Shown here one piece after another: positions 10,286-20,639 of a stretch of DNA of 64,000 nt (its first letter is position 1; each line of letters opens with the position of its first letter). The notes beneath the pieces are model-generated. The model saw only the letters and a program-made list of their open reading frames with translations. It did no database searches and was not told where the DNA came from. The DNA is from Candidatus Doudnabacteria bacterium. Lineage in GTDB: Bacteria; Patescibacteriota; Doudnabacteria; UBA920; VMFF01. The stretch covers positions 79,114 through 143,113 of the forward strand of contig JAQBQP010000001.1 in assembly GCA_028286905.1 (NCBI GenBank), in the 5' to 3' direction. A program made the translations under genes and the position numbers.

Positions 10286-12508
10286 ATGGCAAAAACATTA
10301 GTTATCGTTGAGTCCCCTACAAAAGCAAAAACCATTTCAAGATTCCTTGGAAAAAATTTCGACGTCCAAGCGTCTTTTGGTCATGTCCGCGATTTACCCA
10401 AAAGCAAAATGGGTATTGATATTAAAAATAACTTCGAGCCTACCTATACAATTCCAGTGAAATCCAAAGAAGTCATCGCCGATCTTAAAGCTCGAGCCGA
10501 CAAAGCTTCCGGCGTGATATTGGCAACTGACGAAGATCGCGAAGGGGAAGCAATTGCTTGGCATTTGATTTCCGCCTTGAAACTAAAGGGTTCACCAAAG
10601 AGAATTGTATTTCACGAAATCACAAAAACGGCTATTGATAGTGCCTTGGAACATCCGCGCAACTTAGATTTAAACTTAGTTGATGCGCAACAAGCCCGAC
10701 GAATTTTGGATCGACTAGTTGGATACGAATTATCCCCTTTCATCTGGAAAAAGGTTCGTTATGGCCTATCTGCTGGTCGCGTTCAATCTGTGGCAATGCG
10801 TTTAATCGTGGAGCGCGAACGTGAAATTGAAAAGTTCATCAAAGAAGAATATTGGTCTATTGATGCAAATTTTATTAAGAACAAGCTCGGCTTTGCTGCA
10901 AAACTTAATAAGATTGATGACAAGAGCCTAGCAAAGTTTGATATCAATAATACCACCTCTGCCACTGAAATAGTTACCGACCTTAAAGATGCTAAATATG
11001 TTGTCGAAGAAATTACAAAAAAAGAAGTAAGTCGCAATCCATCTGCTCCTTTTATCACCTCTACTTTACAGCAAGAAGCGGCCCGCAAATTTGGCATGTC
11101 TGCCAAACAAACAATGGTTATCGCCCAGCAACTTTACGAAGGAATCAATATCGGCGAAGAAGGTCATACCGGTTTAATTACATACATGCGTACCGATTCT
11201 GTAAATCTTTCGGAGCTAGCTTTAAACCAAGCTGCTGAAGTTATTACCCAACGCTTTGGCAAAGAGTATTATTTTGGGAGCCATCGAAAATTTAACACTA
11301 AATCAAAAAATGCCCAGGAAGCACACGAGGCAATTCGTCCATCAGACTTAATGCGTCATCCGGATGATCTTAAACAATACTTAGACAGAGGTCAGCAAAA
11401 AATTTATGACATCATTTGGAAAAGAACCGTGGCCAGTCAAATGGCTGAAGCAATCTTTGATTCAACAGCTGTAGATATTACTGCCCAAGGTATTTCTAAG
11501 AAAGGTTATAACTTCCGCGCAAATGGCCAAGTTGTTAAATTTGAAGGTTTTATCAAGGCTTATACTGAAGGTAAGGATGAAGAAGACAGCGAAGTAGAAG
11601 GGCAACTTCCAGAATTAGAAAAAGGTGAGAAGCTAGAACTGACCGAGCTTGTGCCTAACCAACATTTCACCGAGCCCCCAGCTAGGTATTCTGACGCCAC
11701 TTTGATTAAAGCATTAGAAAGCCACGGTATTGGTCGTCCATCAACTTACGCACCTACCCTATCAACTATCCAAGATCGTGGTTACGTTGATAAGATCGAA
11801 AAGAAGTATAAACCAACTGAGGTTGGCGTATTGGTGAATGATTTACTGGTTGAGCATTTCCCTCAAATTGTCGACATCAATTTTACTGCTAAGATGGAAA
11901 GCGATTTAGATGAAGTTGCTGAAGGAACTGTAAAATGGCAGCCAATTATCAAAGAATTCTACGATCCTTTCAAAAAACTGATTGATGAAAAAACTGAGGA
12001 AGTAGAAAAACAGATTCAAGTATCGGAGACCCCTTGCCCACACTGCGGGAAACCAATGATTATAAAGTTCGGACGATTTGGAAAATTCTTGGCATGCCCA
12101 GAAGGTGAAAAGATTACCAAACCAATGCCGGAAGAAGAAGCGCAGATCAAAGCACTCGAAGAAAAGACTCAAGGCGAACTATGCCCTCTCTGTGGTGGGC
12201 CAATGCGCATTCACAAAGGACGCTTCGGTTTCTTTCTCGGCTGCGCCCGATACCCCGAATGCAAAGGCATCAAAAAAATCCTAACTAAAATTGGCTACAA
12301 ATGTCCAAACTGTGGGATTGGAGATGTCGTTGAAAAGAAAGCCCGCGGACGTGGTCAGCCGTTTTATTCGTGTTCGCGTTATCCTGATTGCGAATTTATC
12401 ATCAACAAAAAACCTGAAAGTGAAGCAGAGTTAAAAGAACTTTGGGAAGCACAAAAGCTTAAACCCAAAAAAGCAAAGAAGGTTTATAAAAAGAAAACCG
12501 CAAAATAA
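10286..12508 (+). CDS. topA: DNA topoisomerase I with C-terminal zinc-ribbon repeats
   Basis: TOPRIM start MAKTLVIVESPTKAKTI, topo IA core, four CxxC…CxxC zinc ribbons, K-rich tail; ATG at 10286 preceded by GAGGA. Confidence 0.9.
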   Translation: MAKTLVIVESPTKAKTISRFLGKNFDVQASFGHVRDLPKSKMGIDIKNNFEPTYTIPVKSKEVIADLKARADKASGVILATDEDREGEAIAWHLISALKLKGSPKRIVFHEITKTAIDSALEHPRNLDLNLVDAQQARRILDRLVGYELSPFIWKKVRYGLSAGRVQSVAMRLIVEREREIEKFIKEEYWSIDANFIKNKLGFAAKLNKIDDKSLAKFDINNTTSATEIVTDLKDAKYVVEEITKKEVSRNPSAPFITSTLQQEAARKFGMSAKQTMVIAQQLYEGINIGEEGHTGLITYMRTDSVNLSELALNQAAEVITQRFGKEYYFGSHRKFNTKSKNAQEAHEAIRPSDLMRHPDDLKQYLDRGQQKIYDIIWKRTVASQMAEAIFDSTAVDITAQGISKKGYNFRANGQVVKFEGFIKAYTEGKDEEDSEVEGQLPELEKGEKLELTELVPNQHFTEPPARYSDATLIKALESHGIGRPSTYAPTLSTIQDRGYVDKIEKKYKPTEVGVLVNDLLVEHFPQIVDINFTAKMESDLDEVAEGTVKWQPIIKEFYDPFKKLIDEKTEEVEKQIQVSETPCPHCGKPMIIKFGRFGKFLACPEGEKITKPMPEEEAQIKALEEKTQGELCPLCGGPMRIHKGRFGFFLGCARYPECKGIKKILTKIGYKCPNCGIGDVVEKKARGRGQPFYSCSRYPDCEFIINKKPESEAELKELWEAQKLKPKKAKKVYKKKTAK

Positions 12509-12516
12509 TACTATAA

Positions 12517-12550
12517 AAACAAAGAGCTGCGAAAGCAGCTCTTTGTTTTT
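12517..12550. terminator. Bidirectional intrinsic terminator between convergent topA and oxidoreductase gene
   Basis: AAACAAAGAGCTGC-gaaa-GCAGCTCTTTGTTT flanked by A-run and T-run. Confidence 0.75.
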
Positions 12551-12557
12551 ATAGGCT

Positions 12558-13796
12558 TTAGTCATTCTTTGTATAAAGCTTCGTTTCAAACCAAGCGTAG
12601 CTTATGGCTTTATTTAGAGGCATCAGTCGATTATAGTAACGAACATTTGCAAATATTTTTGCCAGCCAAGGAATAAAGCCAGTCATCGTAAAGCCATTTG
12701 GCAATGACAACACTGCCCACTTCCCTTTGATTGGAATTATAAAAGGAGAAGACTCCGCAACAAATGTCGGAGGTTTTTTATTCTGTATCCGGGCAGTCAA
12801 AGCACTCACAACATAATCAGAATGCATTATTGCCTGAGTCGCGGTTTGCGGTAGAGGCGTATTATGTTTATCCATAATACAAGCGTTATCGCCAATTAAA
12901 TAAATATTGTTATAACCAGTCATTGTTAAATCTGGTTCGGTCATGCAACGATGCTTTCGATCAGTTTTGCCGGGTTCTGCCATCGGTACATCAACGCTCT
13001 TAACCCCTCCGGTCCAAACCAACAAATCATAGCTAATCATCTCGCCATTGTTCAAAGTGATTAATTTTGGAGCGACATTAGTAATCATACTATTCAGCAT
13101 CACGCTAACATCAAAATTTTTCAAACGATGCAAAACTGCGCCGCTCACTACCGCAGACATTCCTGGAATTAACTGCCCAGAGCCTTCGATAATTTCGATT
13201 TGAATTCGCTCTAAAGGATAATGGTATTTCCAGGAAACAATGTCCACTAAATTAATTAGCTCTCCTGCTAGTTCTACTCCGGTGAAACCTCCGCCAGCTA
13301 TGACTATTCGCAAGAGTTTTTTGATACTATCCTGCCGATGCGATTCGACTAAGAATTCTACCGCGTTTTTTATCTTTAAAGCATCATTAACAGATTTCAT
13401 CGTTAAAGAATTTTCGGCAACACCTGGAATACCAAAAAAATCGATAGTAGAACCTAGCGCTACCACCAAGTAATCATAGGCCAGTTCCTTACCATCGACT
13501 TTTATTGTATTGTTTTTTTGAGAAATCATTTCCAAACTGCCGCGAACAAACTGAATCGCAGTCGGAAGCAATTCCTTAAAAGGCAGCACTAAGCTTTTCT
13601 TTAAATCCTTAATTGAAGTAAATTCTTCTTCAGCACTTGCTACTTCGTAAAGATTTGGGTAATACAAATGATAATCTTGCTTATCAACAAGAATTATTTT
13701 TGAATCTTTATTATTAAGCCTTTTAGATAATCCTATGGCGGTATTGATTCCGCCATAACCTCCGCCCACTACTATGATTGTTTTTGATTTTTGCAT
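12558..13796 (-). CDS. FAD-dependent pyridine nucleotide-disulfide oxidoreductase (type II NADH dehydrogenase-like)
   Basis: N-terminal GxGxxG (IIVVGGGYGGINTA) and second dinucleotide fold (VIAGGGFTGVELAGEL). Confidence 0.7.
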   Translation of the reverse strand: MQKSKTIIVVGGGYGGINTAIGLSKRLNNKDSKIILVDKQDYHLYYPNLYEVASAEEEFTSIKDLKKSLVLPFKELLPTAIQFVRGSLEMISQKNNTIKVDGKELAYDYLVVALGSTIDFFGIPGVAENSLTMKSVNDALKIKNAVEFLVESHRQDSIKKLLRIVIAGGGFTGVELAGELINLVDIVSWKYHYPLERIQIEIIEGSGQLIPGMSAVVSGAVLHRLKNFDVSVMLNSMITNVAPKLITLNNGEMISYDLLVWTGGVKSVDVPMAEPGKTDRKHRCMTEPDLTMTGYNNIYLIGDNACIMDKHNTPLPQTATQAIMHSDYVVSALTARIQNKKPPTFVAESSPFIIPIKGKWAVLSLPNGFTMTGFIPWLAKIFANVRYYNRLMPLNKAISYAWFETKLYTKND

Positions 13797-13821
13797 ACAA
13801 ATATTTTAACACAGATCCAAT

Positions 13822-15054
13822 TTACTCGTAACGCAAGGCTTCCATCGGGCTAAGTTTTGAGGCCTTGTTAGCGGGATATATTCCAAACACCAAACCAAAC
13901 AATGTACAAACACCAAAAGCTAATAAAATTGAACTAATAGAGACAATTGGCGTCCAATTCCCCAATGCGGCAATACCTAGTGCCCCGAGATAACCTAAAA
14001 TTATACCGACTACTCCACCAAAGACGGTCAAGACCACTGCTTCTATTAAAAACTGAGTGAGGATGTCTTTTCTTCTGGCGCCAATCGCTTTGCGCAAACC
14101 GATTTCCCGAGTGCGCTCAGTAACAGAAACTAACATGATATTCATGATCCCAATTCCGCCAACTAACAAAGATATTCCAGCAATCGCTCCTAAAAATATT
14201 GTCAAAATCGAAGTTATATTTGTAAGCAAGCTTAAAGCATCAGCTGGATTTTTAACACTGAAATCGGCTTTATCCGGGTCGCTAATTTTATGATTGCTTA
14301 ATAAAACTTTAGTGACCTCATCAGTTGCTTGAGGAATTACGCTTTCACTTCGAACTTGAACAGCAATGTTGTTGTAATAATTGATGCCTAGCAATAATTT
14401 TTGCGCTGTGCTCACAGGCACGATTACTTGGCCATCCTGATCCACTCCAAAAGCGCCTACCCCCTTCGCCTTCGCAACGCCCACAACTCTAAAGCTAACT
14501 TGTTTAATTTTTATTACTTTACCGACCGGATCTTCCACTCCAAACAAATCATCACTAATCGTTGAGCCTAAAATTGCAACCTGACTCATCCCATCAACAT
14601 CCGCTTTAGAAAACCATTCCCCAGATTTTAGAGGAACGTTTCGAACCGAGCCATAATTTTCATCTTCTCCTGCAACCGCACCCAGCTCTTCCTGATTGTT
14701 GTAGCTCAAAGTAAACTGTCCACGCACTTCTGGACTAACGTATTCAACATCTGGAGCCAGCGTTTTGTTTCTTAAAAATTTTACATCCTGGTCATTTAAG
14801 GAAGTAACGATAATGCCTTGTGCAGACGCTGGAGGTGAAAACTTAGATTTACCGCTGCCGCCAGGCAATACAAAGAGCAAATTTGAACCGATTCCTTTTA
14901 CCTGATTAACAATCAATTCCTGAGCACCTTGTCCCGCAGAAATTAAAACGATTACAGCCGTAATTCCAATAATAATTCCAAGCATTGTTAAGAATGATCG
15001 GGTTTTATTAAGTAGCAGAGCTTTGAAAGCAATTTTTATAGATTGAAAAAGCAT
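13822..15054 (-). CDS. ABC transporter permease, MacB/FtsX family
   Basis: N-terminal TM helix, large periplasmic domain, C-terminal FtsX 3-TM module. Confidence 0.8.
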   Translation of the reverse strand: MLFQSIKIAFKALLLNKTRSFLTMLGIIIGITAVIVLISAGQGAQELIVNQVKGIGSNLLFVLPGGSGKSKFSPPASAQGIIVTSLNDQDVKFLRNKTLAPDVEYVSPEVRGQFTLSYNNQEELGAVAGEDENYGSVRNVPLKSGEWFSKADVDGMSQVAILGSTISDDLFGVEDPVGKVIKIKQVSFRVVGVAKAKGVGAFGVDQDGQVIVPVSTAQKLLLGINYYNNIAVQVRSESVIPQATDEVTKVLLSNHKISDPDKADFSVKNPADALSLLTNITSILTIFLGAIAGISLLVGGIGIMNIMLVSVTERTREIGLRKAIGARRKDILTQFLIEAVVLTVFGGVVGIILGYLGALGIAALGNWTPIVSISSILLAFGVCTLFGLVFGIYPANKASKLSPMEALRYE

Positions 15055-15055
15055 A

Positions 15056-15754
15056 TTATTTTCTGATGGTGTTTAAAATGTCAGAAACAATTTCGCCATC
15101 CTTTAAGCGAATTATTCTTTTAGCATATGCCGCGACCTCTTCTTCGTGAGTAACAAAAATTAAAGTTCGTCCTTCGTCATTCAGTTTTTTAAAAATGCCC
15201 ATCACTTCTTCGGTGGATCGGCTGTCTAGATTTCCAGTTGGCTCATCAGCAAAAATAACTGCTGGATTATTTACCAACGCCCGTGCAATTGCAACGCGCT
15301 GCTGCTGTCCACCAGACAATTCTGAAGGATGGTGGTTCAATCTGCTTTCCAAACCGACTTGAACCAGCATTTCTTTGGAACGCTCCGCCATCTGTGCCAA
15401 AGTATATTTTCGGGCATATAACATTGGCAAGGCAACGTTATCTATTGCAGATGTACGTGCTAACAAGTTAAATGCTTGAAAAACGAAACCAACTTTCTGA
15501 TTGCGAATTTCTGAAAGCGCATCTGCGGGCAATTCGGTGATTTCTTGATTATCGAAAAAGTATTTACCAGAACTGGCACTGTCCAAAAACCCGATCACGT
15601 GCATCAAAGTGGATTTACCAGAACCAGAAGCGCCCATTACAGCAACAAACTCCCCTGCTTGAATTTCAAGGTTTATATCCTTAAGCGCCGCGACTTCATT
15701 GTCCTCTCCGTTATTGTAAACCTTTCGAACATGCTCCATCTTAATTAATGCCAT
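15056..15754 (-). CDS. ABC transporter ATP-binding protein (MacB/LolD-like)
   Basis: Walker [10 protein letters not shown], signature [15 protein letters not shown], Walker [13 protein letters not shown]. Confidence 0.9.
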   Translation of the reverse strand: MALIKMEHVRKVYNNGEDNEVAALKDINLEIQAGEFVAVMGASGSGKSTLMHVIGFLDSASSGKYFFDNQEITELPADALSEIRNQKVGFVFQAFNLLARTSAIDNVALPMLYARKYTLAQMAERSKEMLVQVGLESRLNHHPSELSGGQQQRVAIARALVNNPAVIFADEPTGNLDSRSTEEVMGIFKKLNDEGRTLIFVTHEEEVAAYAKRIIRLKDGEIVSDILNTIRK

Positions 15755-17331
15755 TAGCTTGCGGTTCCTTTATCTGCTGGGCCAGCTAAGATTGCGCCCG
15801 TTTGCAGTCCCGAAAGAACTTCGGTCATTGTGTCACCTGTAAGGCCGGTTGTAATTTCCACATCAGAAGCTGTGTTGCCGCTTAGAACACTTACAAACTT
15901 TTTCCCATCTACCGTTTTAATTAAGCGATTCGGTACAGCAATAGCATGATCTTTTTCTGCAATTAAAATAGTAAGGTTAACGGTCATGCCTGGTTTAATA
16001 GTATTGTCGTTCGGAATAGAAGAGATAACTCGATAATTAATAATTCCGGAAACCACTGTTGACGCAGGGTCAATTGATAAGATTGCACCGCTAAAATGTT
16101 TATCGGGACCGAAGGCGTCCATGGTCATATCTACGCTTTGTCCTTGTTGGACCTGAGAAATTGAAGATTCGGAAATATTTGTTTCAACGTGCAAAGAAGT
16201 TTGATCCAAAACTACCACGGCCGATTTTTGGGGAATAATATTTTCTCCGAGCTTTAAATCAACAGCGGTAACTATCCCGTCGATCGGAGAAGTTATAACA
16301 TTATTGCTGTATTGGTTTTGAGCACTTTGTAATTGTGCATTTGCCGTTTCAATTTGCGCCTGGGCGGCTTGCAAATCCTCTGGACGAGCAGAAGACTGTT
16401 TCAAAGCAAGCTGCGCTTTCGCTTGGTCTAAAGCAGCCTGTGCCGAATCAATCGCACCGCTAGCGCTAGTTACTGCTTGGCTTTGATTTTGAAGTGCGGC
16501 TTGATACGCATTTTGCGCTGTTAAATATGTGGAGGATTGGGTGTTTGGCACATCAATAGTCCAATAGTCGCTAGGTGATAAAATTCCAGATGCGCTCAGA
16601 GTAAAATAAAGTCCGCGCGTTCCAAGCGGAGCGGGAACTCCTCGATTTAGGAAACCGCTGCTACTATCTGTGCCACCCACTGCGTTATAGTATGCGCCAT
16701 TGCCTGTGGAGGAGAAGGTTACTTTGTACTGGACGATTTCTGTAGAACTATAGGTGCCTGAAACTGTAAAGATTGCAGTACCCGTGTTGTTAATTCCTGC
16801 GGTACCCGCCAATCCCGAATTAAACATTGCCGATTGGGCGTTTGAAACTACAACCTTCTGCTGAGCAACCACAGAATTATAGGAATTTTTCGCGTTATCT
16901 AAAGCAACCTGAGCCGCGCTAACCGCAGCCTGGCTGACAGTAACTTCGGCTCCTGAAGCGCCGTTCAAAACTTTATTATAATTTGCTTTTGCAGCCAACA
17001 AGGAAGCAGACGCTTGGTTGATGGCAGCGCTGACATCTTTTTGATCGAGCATTGCTAAAACCTGCCCAGTCCGAACTTTGTCTCCGACACTAACATTTAG
17101 CTTTTTAAGAACCCCGCCATTTTTAAAACTAAGGTTTAAATTTGATTGAGAAGTTACTGTTCCAGTTGCTAACACGCTTTGCTTAATGTCTTCTTCTTGA
17201 ACCGTATGCACTGCCACAAAAGCAGCTTTGTTTTTCGAAGACTGAATGCGCCAGCCAATGATTACTACTATTAATACTGCTACACCGATCCAAATATATC
17301 TTCTTTTCATAAAATTAATTAAGTTTTGCAT
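15754..17331 (-). CDS. Efflux periplasmic adaptor (HlyD/MacA family) with long Gln/Ala/Ser-rich insertion
   Basis: N-terminal TM anchor, biotinyl/lipoyl-like and beta-barrel segments flanking a long low-complexity coiled-coil-like region; operon with ABC ATPase and permease. Confidence 0.7.
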   Translation of the reverse strand: MQNLINFMKRRYIWIGVAVLIVVIIGWRIQSSKNKAAFVAVHTVQEEDIKQSVLATGTVTSQSNLNLSFKNGGVLKKLNVSVGDKVRTGQVLAMLDQKDVSAAINQASASLLAAKANYNKVLNGASGAEVTVSQAAVSAAQVALDNAKNSYNSVVAQQKVVVSNAQSAMFNSGLAGTAGINNTGTAIFTVSGTYSSTEIVQYKVTFSSTGNGAYYNAVGGTDSSSGFLNRGVPAPLGTRGLYFTLSASGILSPSDYWTIDVPNTQSSTYLTAQNAYQAALQNQSQAVTSASGAIDSAQAALDQAKAQLALKQSSARPEDLQAAQAQIETANAQLQSAQNQYSNNVITSPIDGIVTAVDLKLGENIIPQKSAVVVLDQTSLHVETNISESSISQVQQGQSVDMTMDAFGPDKHFSGAILSIDPASTVVSGIINYRVISSIPNDNTIKPGMTVNLTILIAEKDHAIAVPNRLIKTVDGKKFVSVLSGNTASDVEITTGLTGDTMTEVLSGLQTGAILAGPADKGTAS

Positions 17332-17770
17332 TGTTCTTTTTTAACTGTTTAATCATCTTGTCCGGTAGAGAAATAAGTAACTCTCTTTCGTCATTGCTTA
17401 AGGCTTTTAAAATAAACTCCATGTGCTTGGCGTGCGCTTGTTTGAACTCTTCGAATTTTTTTAGCCCTTTAACAGTAAGGCTGACCTTCACCATTCGCCG
17501 ATCATCAGGATCAGTCTGTCTTTGAAGTATCCCAATTTTTTGTAGACCTTCGACCATTTGAGTGGCTGCGCTGCTGGTTACACCCATTGTCGCTGCTATT
17601 TCCTTTACGGTTAGAATTCGGCGATCCCCTAGGGCATAAAGAATTTCTACTTGTTGATGAGTTAATCCAAAGCGCTTAATGAAGTTATGTCGACGGCCAC
17701 CCATTGCTTGGTGCAATGAGGTCATCGCTTCAAAAAAGCGCTGAACCTGTTCTTTTAATTTATTAGTCAT
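17315..17770 (-). CDS. MarR family transcriptional regulator
   Basis: 151 aa winged-HTH protein (LTHQQVEILYAL…DRRMVKVSLTVKG); first gene of the efflux operon. Confidence 0.8.
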   Translation of the reverse strand: MTNKLKEQVQRFFEAMTSLHQAMGGRRHNFIKRFGLTHQQVEILYALGDRRILTVKEIAATMGVTSSAATQMVEGLQKIGILQRQTDPDDRRMVKVSLTVKGLKKFEEFKQAHAKHMEFILKALSNDERELLISLPDKMIKQLKKNNAKLN

Positions 17771-17794
17771 ATTATGTTAGTTACTAACATAATA
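17770..17794. promoter_or_regulatory. Perfect 25-bp palindrome TATTATGTTAGT-T-ACTAACATAATA overlapping the MarR start codon (putative MarR operator)
   Basis: Checked base by base: 12-bp perfect arms around one central base; a TGgTAGAAT extended -10 lies just upstream on the minus strand. Confidence 0.7.
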
Positions 17795-17844
17795 ACCCAA
17801 TTCTACCAATTAAACAAGATTGATTACTAGCTTAATCAACGGGG

Positions 17845-17873
17845 TTGAGTTTTTCCAAGCTTTATTGTAAAAT
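17845..17873 (+). promoter_or_regulatory. Sigma70-like promoter for tRNA-Lys (TTGAGT-17-TAAAAT)
   Basis: Hexamers and 17-bp spacer read from sequence, about 30 nt upstream of mature tRNA 5' end. Confidence 0.5.
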
Positions 17874-17902
17874 ATCAGAGTTATATAAAATCTAATAGAT
17901 AT

Positions 17903-17978
17903 GGGATGGTAGCTCAGTTGGTAGAGCAGCGGCCTTTTAAGCCGTTTGTCGAGGGTTCGATCCCCTCCCATCCCACCA
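17903..17978 (+). tRNA. tRNA-Lys (anticodon TTT), CCA encoded
   Basis: Manual cloverleaf: acceptor GGGATGG/CCATCCC, D-arm GCTC-AGTTGGTA-GAGC, anticodon loop CTTTTAA, T-arm GAGGG-TTCGATC-CCCTC. Confidence 0.9.
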
Positions 17979-17983
17979 AAAAA

Positions 17984-18013
17984 ATGTCTCGATATTAATC
18001 GAGACATTTTTTA
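17984..18013. terminator. Intrinsic terminator after tRNA-Lys (palindromic, usable from either strand)
   Basis: ATGTCTCGAT-atta-ATCGAGACAT flanked by A6 and T6. Confidence 0.75.
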
Positions 18014-18556
18014 TTCCAACCTGCTATGGTCCGAGACATGCCGCCCTACAATAACCAGAAAAACTATTGGCAGCAGCAACCAAACAAATACAGAAGTATT
18101 ATTTATGAATACGAACTTAACCAGCGGTGCGAAAGTATCTTTTATTTCTGGAGGCAGGAATGTAAAGATCACGCTTATTAAAAAACCGACCTGAAGAAAA
18201 GCAAAGACCAAAGAGAAAAACCAAGAACTAAAGCCTCTGCTTTCCACTGAAGTACGAAAGACAAACTTTGAAAGAATCAGAAATAAGAATGCAAATAAGA
18301 TCAGAAATGTAACTAAACGTGCCAAATAAACTGCAGCGCCGAGCTTACTGCCCACCGCAGCGCTTAAAAACGGCGCTTGGATCACCAATAATTCAGACAT
18401 ATACACCGAAACCAAAATGCTTATAATCCTGCCTCGTCCGGCAGAAAACGAATATATGATAGAAACAATAATCCAAGCAAAGAAAATGAAAGCATCCCAG
18501 CTTGGATTATGAAAGTTCACCGTGTGTAATAAATTTGCGTAACTATTGGTATCCAT
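18011..18556 (-). CDS. Integral membrane protein (CvpA-like, 4-5 TM)
   Basis: Hydrophobic segments throughout; size and topology resemble the CvpA family; TGgTATAAT extended -10 at 18586-18594 upstream. Confidence 0.4.
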   Translation of the reverse strand: MDTNSYANLLHTVNFHNPSWDAFIFFAWIIVSIIYSFSAGRGRIISILVSVYMSELLVIQAPFLSAAVGSKLGAAVYLARLVTFLILFAFLFLILSKFVFRTSVESRGFSSWFFSLVFAFLQVGFLISVIFTFLPPEIKDTFAPLVKFVFINNTSVFVWLLLPIVFLVIVGRHVSDHSRLE

Positions 18557-18644
18557 TTTTGTTTCAAAAACTTTTGTATAAAAATATTATACCATAAACC
18601 TAATTAAAAATCCCGCCCTGATCAGCGACCAAGACGGAATTTCA

Positions 18645-19748
18645 TTATTCCACTTCTTCTAATTGTTTCAAGAGCTCTTTCTGCTTCTTTGAAAGCTTCT
18701 CCGGAACTTTAATATTCACAGTAACATACATATTTCCACGGCCGGAACGGTTTAAATGCGGCACTCCCTTATCCGCTACTTTGAAGACCTTCCCAGGCTG
18801 TGTTCCATTCGGAATTTTAATCTTTACTGTTCCATCAATAGTATTAGTTTCAATTGTTGTTCCTAAAGCCGCTTGGCTATAACTGATATCGGCATCTTTA
18901 TATATGTCCGACCCTTCTCTTCTAAACTGCGGGTCAGGTGTGACTCGAATCGATATATATAAGTCCCCAGTAGCAGAGCCACGATAGCCAGCCTCACCTT
19001 CGCCTTTAACCCGAATACGTTGGCCATTATCAATTCCGGCGGGAATAGAAATCTTAATAGTCTTCCTTCCACGCTTAACCCCTTCACCCTTACATTCGGT
19101 GCAAGGAATTTCTGGAATTTTTCCGCTACCTTCACAACGATCGCAAACCGCAGAAGAAGCAATTGTGCCCAATATCGTTCTGCGAGTAGTTTTTATTTGC
19201 CCCTGGCCATGACATTTTGGACACGTAATTAGTTTGCTGCCAGGCTCTGCACCGCTGCCTTCACAACGCTCGCATCTATTTTTCTTTTCTAGAGTAATCT
19301 CTGTTTCTGTTCCAAATGCTGCTTCTTTAAAAGATATTGTTAAAGGCATCTCTAAATCAACGCCGCGATTTCTTCTTTCCGCGCTTTCTGGATCTCCACC
19401 GAACATACTGGAAAGGATGTCTTCAAACCCGAAACTTCCGCCAGCGTTGCCAAAGCCGCCTTCAAAGCCAAAGCCTTCAAAAGGATTACCGCCCGCTGCG
19501 CCGTTAAAACCTCCGCCAAAGCCGCCCTGTCTTTGCGCTTGATCAAAAGTCTGTCCGTACTGATCATATTGGCTACGTTTGGTGCTATCGGATAAAACCT
19601 GGTAAGCCTCATTGATTTCTTTGAACCGGTTCGAATCGCCACCGCGATCCGGATGATGCTCTCCTGCTAATTTTCGATAAGCGCGTTTAATATCGTCTGC
19701 AGAAGCAGATTTTTGCACACCCAAGATTTCGTAAAAATTTTTAGCCAT
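18645..19748 (-). CDS. dnaJ: Chaperone DnaJ
   Basis: J-domain with HPD ([14 protein letters not shown]), G/F-rich linker, four CxxCxGxG zinc-finger repeats, C-terminal domains. Confidence 0.95.
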   Translation of the reverse strand: MAKNFYEILGVQKSASADDIKRAYRKLAGEHHPDRGGDSNRFKEINEAYQVLSDSTKRSQYDQYGQTFDQAQRQGGFGGGFNGAAGGNPFEGFGFEGGFGNAGGSFGFEDILSSMFGGDPESAERRNRGVDLEMPLTISFKEAAFGTETEITLEKKNRCERCEGSGAEPGSKLITCPKCHGQGQIKTTRRTILGTIASSAVCDRCEGSGKIPEIPCTECKGEGVKRGRKTIKISIPAGIDNGQRIRVKGEGEAGYRGSATGDLYISIRVTPDPQFRREGSDIYKDADISYSQAALGTTIETNTIDGTVKIKIPNGTQPGKVFKVADKGVPHLNRSGRGNMYVTVNIKVPEKLSKKQKELLKQLEEVE

Positions 19749-20632
19749 TAAAATTCCAGTTTTTTAGTTATAACCTGACTTTCGGTGACATGCAGCACTC
19801 CAAGTTTTTTGAAAATGTAATAAAGGATCATTGCGACAAAGGCGAAGAGGAATCTACCAATTGGCCAGATTACTAACAATGAAACGAATATTACAAAAAT
19901 TCCAGCCTTATCTACATTAAATTCTTTTACAATGTCGTTTAATCGAAAGGCCACAAACTGTTTACCCACGTCTGACATTTTTTCATCACCATTCACATCA
20001 AAGCCCACTTGTTGAGAAATTTGCTTCTTCTCTGCATTTAACATTGATGGGCTTGGGTTATTAATCCCTTGTTCTTTGAATTGATCAGCTAGATATTTAT
20101 TGACTGTTTCCCCGGAATTGAACTGGGACAAATATTTACCCACATATGGCCAAGCAAAATTCGTTGCGCCCTGGGAAAAAGATTGAGTATGGACACTCTC
20201 AGCTAATCGAGTTTGAAGATAAGCCGAAGAGATTCCAATAACTGCTAGGATTACTAATGCGATTTTACTATAAGAGACACTGTAATATTTCAGATTTAAA
20301 CTTCGTTCCAAAGCACTAGGAAACTCCCAAAGCACTTGAGATGACAGAAACATAACAGCTGCAGATAATAAGTTTTTCCAAGTCGGTCCTAAAAACACCA
20401 CGATCCAAATTGCGCTGAGCAGCGTCGTTAAAATGAAATCGTACCGATCTTTAGTCAAAGCTACGACAAACAGAAAAGCATAGCTCATTGCTAAGAAGAC
20501 AAAGAAAAGCGTCCAGTTTAGACCGTTACCTGTCAAAACACTAGCAGAGGTGAAAACTCTGCTAAAAAAGTACCAGCCTAAACCGGAAAATAAAACTGTA
20601 CACAAACTTAGGACCAGTTTTTTAAATGTCAT
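19748..20632 (-). CDS. Polytopic membrane protein inserted between dnaK and dnaJ
   Basis: 294 aa with multiple TM helices, no recognisable family; co-directional and contiguous with dnaK/dnaJ. Confidence 0.5.
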   Translation of the reverse strand: MTFKKLVLSLCTVLFSGLGWYFFSRVFTSASVLTGNGLNWTLFFVFLAMSYAFLFVVALTKDRYDFILTTLLSAIWIVVFLGPTWKNLLSAAVMFLSSQVLWEFPSALERSLNLKYYSVSYSKIALVILAVIGISSAYLQTRLAESVHTQSFSQGATNFAWPYVGKYLSQFNSGETVNKYLADQFKEQGINNPSPSMLNAEKKQISQQVGFDVNGDEKMSDVGKQFVAFRLNDIVKEFNVDKAGIFVIFVSLLVIWPIGRFLFAFVAMILYYIFKKLGVLHVTESQVITKKLEF

Positions 20633-20639
20633 GGTTTAT

